IMG/VR virus record: IMGVR_UViG_3300031857_000034
Span: 1 to 64,000 of that record
Strand: one strand, 5' to 3'
DNA from: a virus
DNA: 64,000 nucleotides
The notes below the pieces were generated by a model, which was not told where the DNA came from, did no database searches, and saw only the letters and a program-made list of their open reading frames with translations. Positions 57,333-64,000 of this stretch are shown piece by piece. Position 1 is the first letter of the stretch, and every line of letters begins with the position of its first letter. A program made the translations under genes and the position numbers.

Positions 57333-58172
57333 ATGACATCTTTTAACCCTTTGACTCGCTATTTTAGGCAGCCCACGATATTTTTGCGACTACCTTCAAA
57401 CGGACTACACTATGGACCCAATGATCTTGACATGCCTGAAAACGGAGAACTTCCAGTGTATCCCATGACTGTGCGGGATGAGATACTGAACAAGACTCCT
57501 GATGCGCTGTTCAACGGCTCCAGTGTGATCAGTCTCATACAGAGTTGCATACCCAATGTGAAAAATGCCTGGGCAGTGCCCAGTATCGATCTTGACGCTA
57601 TGTTGATAGCCATCAAGATTGCCACCTACGGCAAGGACATAGATGTCACTGGATCCTGCACGCACTGTCAAGAAACATCAGAGTATGTGATAGATCTAAA
57701 CCATCAGCTGGCCATGATAGGCCGCAGCGAGTATCAAAAATCCACAGTGATTGGCAACTTTGAAATCATGTTCAGACCTTTGACCTATAAAGAAATCAAC
57801 GAAACCAATCAAGATCACTTCAACGAGCAAAAACTAGCAGAAATCATGCCCACAGCAGATCTTACCAATGCTGATCGACTGCAACAGATCAATGATCTCA
57901 TTTTGAAAGTAACCGAAGGAACCATCAAAGCACTGAGTCGCAGCATTGGTAGCATACGCACCGATGATGTCATAGTAGATGATGAATCACAGATCTTGGA
58001 ATTTTTAACCAACTGTAGCAGTCAGATTTTCAATGCTATCAAAGATGCTGCCATTGCCAAACGCAGTGCCAGCAATCTCAAACCGCTGAAGTTGACCTGT
58101 AGTCACTGTAGCAAGGACTACGAACAACCCCTGGTGTTGGATCTATCAAATTTTTTCGGGCGCAGCTCCTAG
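57333..58172 (+). CDS. Baseplate hub assembly protein (T4 gp26-like)
   Basis: LPS.G..Y, PMT.RDE, D.D..LIAI.IATYG, two CxxC (C.HC) motifs, ends DLSNFFG. Confidence 0.85.
   Translation: MTSFNPLTRYFRQPTIFLRLPSNGLHYGPNDLDMPENGELPVYPMTVRDEILNKTPDALFNGSSVISLIQSCIPNVKNAWAVPSIDLDAMLIAIKIATYGKDIDVTGSCTHCQETSEYVIDLNHQLAMIGRSEYQKSTVIGNFEIMFRPLTYKEINETNQDHFNEQKLAEIMPTADLTNADRLQQINDLILKVTEGTIKALSRSIGSIRTDDVIVDDESQILEFLTNCSSQIFNAIKDAAIAKRSASNLKPLKLTCSHCSKDYEQPLVLDLSNFFGRSS
58148..58157 (+). other. Candidate -1 ribosomal frameshift site
   Basis: Overlapping in-frame X XXY YYZ heptamers A AAT TTT and T TTT TTC; the -1 frame is open to 58387. Confidence 0.65.
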
Positions 58173-58198
58173 TACTAGATCAAGAATCGATTGAACAG

Positions 58199-58387
58199 TT
58201 GGTGTCAAAAATGGATCGAGACATCAACGGTATTAGGAGCGAAATGTGGGAAATATCATGGCTTAGCCGTGGTGGTATATCTTACGAAGATGCATTCTAT
58301 CTCAGTCCCACCGATCGCAAATTGTTCAATGACATGACCAAACAGCACATGGAAACCACCAAGAAGTCTGGATTGCCATTCTTTTAA
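58199..58387 (+). CDS. Small baseplate/tail assembly chaperone (gp51-like), probably expressed as a frameshift extension of gp26
   Basis: W..RGG.SY.D...L...DR motif; open in the -1 frame back through the slippery site. Confidence 0.6.
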   Translation: MVSKMDRDINGIRSEMWEISWLSRGGISYEDAFYLSPTDRKLFNDMTKQHMETTKKSGLPFF

Positions 58388-58444
58388 TTTTGGTCACAGT
58401 CAAGTCAGGGTATGTCATTTCTCAAGCACGAGTCTCACACTGTT

Positions 58445-58924
58445 TATAGATCACTGCGTGATCTTCAGATTTCGCTTGCGCTCATCTGAACTTAGTTCAT
58501 CCTAAAGTTTACTGTCAAAACCTTTGTTACTTTAAACTGATTTCCCAGAGCCTTGAGCCGTAGTTCACCCTGGGCGGGTGAACTATCGCTTGCCATGGTC
58601 AGAGTTTTCCCGTCACCTGGAAGAGCCGTCAGATTAAGAAGATTGTAGTCTGGTACACTACACGGAGGCGGTTGACCGGTACCCCCTACTTCAGCGTTCA
58701 TTTCAACGGTACTGACCCTGGACCCATCTGACGAATCCCGGATCAGCGCAGGTTGTTTCTTTTTCACAGTGCCTGCATCTTTTGTGCTACATTTTTCGCT
58801 CTAGGAGCATGGATATGTGCTAACTCATCGATTGCGGTGACTCTCCACACCCAGGGCCCAGAGGGTCCATCTTGGAGACTGGCATTCCAGCAGCCAGCGC
58901 AGGTCGTATTGTAGGGTTCTGTAG
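58445..58924 (-). ncRNA. Candidate large structured non-coding RNA (strand inferred)
   Basis: About ten stems and an 8-bp loop-distal complementarity in the only long intergenic gap of the window. Confidence 0.5.
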
Positions 58925-59434
58925 TTAGGCAGCGCAATACTGCCGGACTAGATCAGCGTTTGTTTCCCAGAACTGATCGTAATCCATGATATACCAATGA
59001 TCGTGTTTGATGGAGCCGTAGTTGAATTGTCTAGATAGGAGATGGTCTCTGTGAGCCTGAGTTGCGATGTATTTGCCTTTGCGATTGAATTTCATGATCA
59101 ATATGTTGTAGTCACCGGGATCGGCAACGTCCATCAGTTGATCAAGCCACGTTTCTAAAACAGCAACCTGCCCTTGGAACAGTTGATGGAATGGAAAGTC
59201 TGCATACGACTTGCATTCACAATTGAATCGCGGAAAACTCTGCCCGGGTATGATGTCGCCTTTGAAAGCGCGGATCTGACCTTCGTGTAGTGTTTGTTTG
59301 CGATGTGTGTTCTTGCCACCAATGTATGCGCCTGAATTGGGCACACGGGTAAAAGTTTCTCCATAGAGTTCAGTTAGGTGCAAGGCTACTGCTCGTTCCC
59401 AACTGCTTCCTTTGGATTTACTTTTTGATGGCAT
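58925..59434 (-). CDS. Holliday junction resolvase-like PD-(D/E)xK nuclease
   Basis: SKSKG..WER..A..L, R.P.SGA, GDI, ECK, W..Q. Confidence 0.8.
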   Translation of the reverse strand: MPSKSKSKGSSWERAVALHLTELYGETFTRVPNSGAYIGGKNTHRKQTLHEGQIRAFKGDIIPGQSFPRFNCECKSYADFPFHQLFQGQVAVLETWLDQLMDVADPGDYNILIMKFNRKGKYIATQAHRDHLLSRQFNYGSIKHDHWYIMDYDQFWETNADLVRQYCAA

Positions 59435-59472
59435 AGGCAGATAGTTAGCTGAGTCTAGAGTCTGTTCAAAAT

Positions 59473-61236
59473 TTAATTGGTCACATCAGTGGCATAGGAA
59501 GTAAAGCCACCTTCTTTGACCACTTTCAATATGTTTTCCACACGTCCGGCCAGTTCGTCTTTGTGCGACACCAACCAAACACTTTTGTTGCGCTCTCTGG
59601 TCATTTTCTTCAGCAGGGCCAGAGCATTTTCCACACCCGATGAATCCATACCAGAATCTATCAGTTCGTCAATGAACAACACATTCACCGGCGAGTATAA
59701 ACTTTCCCACACATCACGAAACGCCCAGGACAGACTCAGTATCAAGCGATTGCGCTCACCGCGCGAAAGATTGTCAAAGTCCAGGTCCCGGCCCAGTTCT
59801 GTGATCTGTACAGTTAGATCGTTTTGGAATACCACTGTGTGCGGCAGGCCTATGCGATCTAGATAGTGTGTGAGCCTGCTGTTGAGATATGAGAGATTCT
59901 GATCAATGATCTTTTTGCGCACAAACGAATCTTTGCTGGTCAGCAGTTTCAGCAAGAAGTCCTGATGATCCTGCAATCGTTTCAGTTGATTGACCATATC
60001 ATAGTCGATTTCAACCAAGGCCTGTTGCTGCATTTCTTCAATCTGTTCTGCATAAGGATCTGTCTCGGCCTGTTTGTTTTTCAAGTTCAGTTCGGCACTG
60101 GCCAGTCTACTGCGATGCTCGTGCGCATCTGCTTCTTGATCATAATACACCTTGGGCTGTGTGCCCAGCGGACCCACTGCTGTGACTGCCAGGGATAACT
60201 CTGCAAGATCTTGATTGATCTTTTGTAAGTTTGCTTGTGACTGTGATAGATCTTGCTGTTTGCTGGTCAGCATCTTGCCGTGATCAGCATCGTGTAGATC
60301 CTGACCGCAGGCGTGGCAGCGATGATCCTGTAGGCTGGCTATCTCTTTGGTGATCTTGTCTATCAGCCGAGACTCGCGACCAGCGTCGGTTTGCCCACGA
60401 GCAATGGCAGCACCAAGATCTTTGAGATCTTTGGCACGCTGATTGTAGGCCAATAAGTCACGATGCGCCTGCAGTTCTGCTTCTATGTCTAGATGGCCAA
60501 GTTCATCCACTTGACGTTGTAGTGCAGTGATATCTTCGTCGCGTTTGTTGATCCAAAGAGTTTGCCTGCGTTTCAAACTTTCTATCTGCTCTTCCATGCG
60601 GCGATTGGCTTCGATCATGGCTTTGATACGATGCTCTTCTTGGCTCATGGCGTCTTTGGTTTCACGCATTTCTTCCTTGAGCAGATCTGCTTTTTCGCTC
60701 AACAAAGTGATACCTAACAACTGTTCAATGATGGCACGCTGGTCATTGGCTTTGAGGCTTAGAAAAGGTTCTGTGTAGGTGTTTAGTGCCAAGATGTGTT
60801 TGAACATATCGTGGGTCATGCCCAGGGTGCGTTCTATAGCCAACTGTGTTTCTCTTGAGTCACCTTGGCTGTTGTCATCTTCGGTTTGCTGTACTTCGTC
60901 GTCAATGCTGAATTTAAGTACATTGGGTTTGCGTCCACGCTCAATGCGATATCGCTGATTGTTCACATTGAAATCCAAACTCACAATCATGTTCTTGGCA
61001 TTGGTCTTGTTTATGAGATTGTCTTTACGTATGTTGGTCAGGGCCTGCCCATATAGCGCATAACTCAAAGCATTGATGATAGTGGTCTTGCCTGTGCCGT
61101 TGCGCGAACCATCTCCACCAAGGTCTAGATTTTCGCCCAAGACCAAGGTTAGATCCTGGCGATCAAAGTCGATACCTTGTGTGGTATTGCCCACACTCAT
61201 GAAGTTTTTTACAGTGAGTTTGTTGATGCGTATCAT
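59473..61236 (-). CDS. Recombination ATPase subunit (T4 gp46/SbcC-like)
   Basis: KNFMSVG, NGTGKTT, CHAC zinc hook, LSRGE signature, LFIDE, VSH. Confidence 0.95.
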   Translation of the reverse strand: MIRINKLTVKNFMSVGNTTQGIDFDRQDLTLVLGENLDLGGDGSRNGTGKTTIINALSYALYGQALTNIRKDNLINKTNAKNMIVSLDFNVNNQRYRIERGRKPNVLKFSIDDEVQQTEDDNSQGDSRETQLAIERTLGMTHDMFKHILALNTYTEPFLSLKANDQRAIIEQLLGITLLSEKADLLKEEMRETKDAMSQEEHRIKAMIEANRRMEEQIESLKRRQTLWINKRDEDITALQRQVDELGHLDIEAELQAHRDLLAYNQRAKDLKDLGAAIARGQTDAGRESRLIDKITKEIASLQDHRCHACGQDLHDADHGKMLTSKQQDLSQSQANLQKINQDLAELSLAVTAVGPLGTQPKVYYDQEADAHEHRSRLASAELNLKNKQAETDPYAEQIEEMQQQALVEIDYDMVNQLKRLQDHQDFLLKLLTSKDSFVRKKIIDQNLSYLNSRLTHYLDRIGLPHTVVFQNDLTVQITELGRDLDFDNLSRGERNRLILSLSWAFRDVWESLYSPVNVLFIDELIDSGMDSSGVENALALLKKMTRERNKSVWLVSHKDELAGRVENILKVVKEGGFTSYATDVTN

Positions 61237-62249
61237 AGTCTATGCCATATTTCCAACAGCAGCTTGTTGTCATAATGATCGCTGCCAATGTCTGTGATCT
61301 GCTGTGTGACGATCTGATCCACTGATTCAAACTTCACATTGCCTGGTGCTAGATCTGTTTCAACGCCTTGCATCTTGTTGGGTATCAGACTGACTTCTCT
61401 AAGTTTGTATTTTTCGTGGAACGTTTCTTTGATAAAGTTGGCTTCTTCGTAGGATATGTCTATGTCCAACTGCAGCCTAGCGTGCATACCTGAGCGGAAA
61501 ACCTGATCCGCAGAATCAATCGCAGTGCTGAGATTCATCACACGATAAGTGGGCTGGTCGGGCCAGGCATGATACACAGGCTGTTGCCCCCACTCCAAGA
61601 TCATGAGTCCGCGAGCATCGTCGCCGGCATCTGCGTAGTTGTGCGGAAAACAGTTGCCTATGTAGGTCACATTCTTTTTGGTCTGCCGCATATGAAAGTG
61701 TCCGGAAAACACGTGGCCTGCACTGGCCAGATCATCTGCGGACAGTTCACCGTGGCTGGGCATTTCTACCATGGCATTCATCAAGAATGTGGGCAGTTCA
61801 AAATGCCCAAACACATACTGCTTGTCTAGGAAACGAAGCTTTTTATGATCCTCGCCAACGAGCCAAGGACAGATAGCAACATCACCGCCACTAAACCAAT
61901 CGTTGACAATATTAACTCGCGGTAAGTGTCTAGCCCAAGCCACGCTTTGAATATCACGACGATCGCGATAGTACAGGTCATGATTCCCAGGAATAAAATA
62001 AACAGCATCAAAGTTGTCATTGAGATGTTCTAAGGCTCGTAAACTATAATTTAGTGTTACGATGTTGATGTTGGCACGATTGTTGTGCCAGTCTCCCAAG
62101 AACATGGCCACTTCACAGCCTTGTTTTTTTGCCTCGGCAGTGGCCCAGATTACGAAATTCAAACAGTCTTCATTGTGCAGTTGGCTGTTGGACTTGAGTC
62201 CAAAGTGGATGTCCGTAAAGACAGCAGCCTTCTTGAAAAGTTTATCCAT
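61233..62249 (-). CDS. Recombination nuclease subunit (T4 gp47/SbcD-like)
   Basis: DIHFG, GD, GNHD, GHFE, SGHFH metallophosphoesterase motifs. Confidence 0.95.
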   Translation of the reverse strand: MDKLFKKAAVFTDIHFGLKSNSQLHNEDCLNFVIWATAEAKKQGCEVAMFLGDWHNNRANINIVTLNYSLRALEHLNDNFDAVYFIPGNHDLYYRDRRDIQSVAWARHLPRVNIVNDWFSGGDVAICPWLVGEDHKKLRFLDKQYVFGHFELPTFLMNAMVEMPSHGELSADDLASAGHVFSGHFHMRQTKKNVTYIGNCFPHNYADAGDDARGLMILEWGQQPVYHAWPDQPTYRVMNLSTAIDSADQVFRSGMHARLQLDIDISYEEANFIKETFHEKYKLREVSLIPNKMQGVETDLAPGNVKFESVDQIVTQQITDIGSDHYDNKLLLEIWHRL

Positions 62250-62267
62250 AGAGTGCTAGTGTAGCAG

Positions 62268-63137
62268 TTATTCTTCGTACTTCACAGTCTGATTGGACAT
62301 TTGTCTTGTCCAACTGGGATTGAGTCCATTGATTTCTAATATGTCATCTCTGATGTTTTGATTTTTCTTTTCTTCGTTGAGCACACGAGTAAAGGAATTG
62401 GTTATGGCCGCGGTATAGTAAGCAAAAGGATTGTCTGATTTTGATTCATCAAACTTCAATCCAATCTGGCTCAATTGCAGCAGTGCGGTGCCGCGCATTT
62501 CTTCGTTGTAGGTATAACCACGCCAGTTTGATCGGGTGGCATAGCGCTCGCACAGTTTGATAAACATATGTGCCAGTTTGTTGGTCATCTTGCCGTGTTC
62601 TTTGCAAAACACTCCGGTGTCAAGATCTCCGGACCAGTGGCTGCGGCCCACGATGTAAGGATCTTTGTCTTCCGTGAGCCGGAAGTGTTCAAACGGCGGA
62701 AAGTTCAATCTGATATGTGTCTGTGCCACGGGTTCTTCTTCGGGCACGATGTCCACTATTTCGGCCAAGGGATCTTCTTCAGGCAGTTCTTCCCAGCCAA
62801 ACAGTTCTTCCACGGATTTCTTCTTGGCCTGTGCCTTGGGCACTTTTTTAGGCGCCATGGGAATATGCTCCCAGGTCATGATGCGAAACACCAAATCCGT
62901 GTGCGGAATCTTTTTTTCGTTGACTTCTGCGCCAGTTTCCTTGGTCAGTCTGGCTGCACGATTTCTGCGTGCTTCGGCTATGGTATTGCGATTGATCTTG
63001 GCAACACTGGCCAAGATGATGTCATACTGATGATCCTGTGTTCTGTCAGCGTAATAGCAGTAGGTGTTTTTGCTTAGGTGTATTTCTTTCAGTAAATCGC
63101 GGTTGTTTAGGTAGTTTCTGGGTGCGGCCAATGCCAT
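62268..63137 (-). CDS. Late-transcription sigma factor (T4 gp55-like)
   Basis: NYLNN.DLL.EI, NW.GYTY..EM, FD..KS.NPFAY.T....NSF.R....EKK; adjacent to gp47. Confidence 0.85.
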   Translation of the reverse strand: MALAAPRNYLNNRDLLKEIHLSKNTYCYYADRTQDHQYDIILASVAKINRNTIAEARRNRAARLTKETGAEVNEKKIPHTDLVFRIMTWEHIPMAPKKVPKAQAKKKSVEELFGWEELPEEDPLAEIVDIVPEEEPVAQTHIRLNFPPFEHFRLTEDKDPYIVGRSHWSGDLDTGVFCKEHGKMTNKLAHMFIKLCERYATRSNWRGYTYNEEMRGTALLQLSQIGLKFDESKSDNPFAYYTAAITNSFTRVLNEEKKNQNIRDDILEINGLNPSWTRQMSNQTVKYEE

Positions 63138-63162
63138 GGTGAATCCTTGTTAGAATGTATTT

Positions 63163-63190
63163 ATTTTACAACAAATTGCCGTTGTGTCAA
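63163..63190 (-). promoter_or_regulatory. Sigma70-type promoter for the gp55-47-46 operon
   Basis: TTGACA-N16-TAAAAT, overlapped by a TAAATA. Confidence 0.55.
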
Positions 63191-63252
63191 CCGCGGATCA
63201 CTCCAAAATCGCCGTTTTTACGGGTGCTAAATATAGATAACAGGATAAAGCA

Positions 63253-64000
63253 ATGGCATTGACACCACAACAGATAGCCGCAGAACTCAACAGACTGACA
63301 TCTCAGGGTCTTACCTTAGAACAGGCAGAACAACAAGTTCCCGGAGCCACTGCGCTGCTTGAAAGCACAGAGTTGATACTAAACGATGTGCCGGGCAGCC
63401 CCACGCGTGGCCAAGTAGAAGTTTATACTACTGGCAGTAAAAAAGCGGGTGTAGATTATAATGTTTATACTCCAACTGCTGAGGAACAAGCAGAAAACGC
63501 TCGATTCTTTGAAGATCCTCCGCCCACCAATATTACCAATCAACCGGTGGTTTCATCTCCCCCGCTCAAAACAACAACCACCACTACCACCTTTACCGAG
63601 GAACAAGTGTCCACATCCGGAGGCGGGGTGACCACTTTCAAAGTGGCGGATTTTGTGTATAAGGATACACCTGCCAGCCGGGCTCTGCAGACTCAGGCCG
63701 ATTCAGTCGGTTTGGAAAAAGAAGCTTATGCACAGAGCCTGCGCGATCAAGGCAAAAGCGGAAGAGAGATTCTGAGAGATCCCACCTATCGAGAACTCAG
63801 CGCCAAGCAAACAGCATTGAACAATCGAGCATTTGAAGCCAAGTCTGGCGAAGGCGGGGAGGTTACCACCACATATGAACCTGGCGTTAGTGAAACTATC
63901 AACAGCACTACAGTGACATCCTCTGTTACCAATTCGCAAGTGCCCCAGACAGCACAGACCAGAATAACCACAGAAGCCGAAGCCACACGCCAACAGGTGG
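63253..64000 (+). CDS. Late protein, partial (runs off the window)
   Basis: GCTAAATA at about 63226, AGGA SD, ATG at 63253, frame appears open to the window end; Thr-rich. Confidence 0.65.
   Translation, partial: MALTPQQIAAELNRLTSQGLTLEQAEQQVPGATALLESTELILNDVPGSPTRGQVEVYTTGSKKAGVDYNVYTPTAEEQAENARFFEDPPPTNITNQPVVSSPPLKTTTTTTTFTEEQVSTSGGGVTTFKVADFVYKDTPASRALQTQADSVGLEKEAYAQSLRDQGKSGREILRDPTYRELSAKQTALNNRAFEAKSGEGGEVTTTYEPGVSETINSTTVTSSVTNSQVPQTAQTRITTEAEATRQQV

Noticed and set aside
58560-58660. Group I intron core (minus-strand CAGACTA and GATAGTTC resembling P7 strands)
   Set aside because: The match is weak, both strands are engaged in better local hairpins, and no interrupted gene flanks the region. 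It remains only an alternative for the ncRNA candidate.
58492-58767. 91-aa ORF in the structured intergenic region
   Set aside because: GTG start without a clear SD or promoter, no recognisable motifs, and it lies over dense RNA-like stems.
1-64000. Alternative genetic code (stop-codon reassignment) as in some large phages
   Set aside because: Core genes are full length in the standard code, and TAA, TAG and TGA all end genes at expected positions.
1-64000. Numerous 60-190-aa antisense or alternate-frame ORFs in the ORF track (e.g. 29425..29994, 47423..47965, 62568..63077)
   Set aside because: They shadow well-supported genes on the other strand or frame and lack motifs or expression signals.

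Overview
The window is 64 kb of a large T4-like (Tevenvirinae-style core) myovirus genome read in the standard genetic code, mostly on the minus strand. No tRNA, CRISPR array or integrase was seen. It holds recombination/replication genes (UvsX, UvsY, gp32, gp46/47, a resolvase, dNMP kinase, a gp55-like late sigma) and the head module (portal, core, protease, scaffold, MCP). It also holds neck/tail genes (gp13/14/15, a 1435-aa sheath, tube, gp4, gp26, a tape-measure-like protein with an M15 peptidase), many fibre/lectin genes and a split terminase. The five most notable observations follow. (1) A ~10-kb island between the terminase subunits encodes proteins that nearly all start with a T4-type capsid-targeting leader (M-R/K-A/S-x-E-F-I/V-x-E) and carry internal prohead-protease-like sites; it includes a 910-aa apparent polyprotein and a four-member paralog family alternating with enzymes. 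(2) An ORF-poor ~480-nt region is highly structured, with a likely pseudoknot, and is a candidate large ncRNA. (3) A canonical -1 slippery site can fuse gp26 to the next ORF. (4) TAAATA late promoters lie 4-6 nt from ATG (leaderless mRNAs) or inside hairpins. (5) A cysteine-free SUEL-type lectin sits in the tail-fibre operon. All product calls come from reading motifs by eye; no database search was run.
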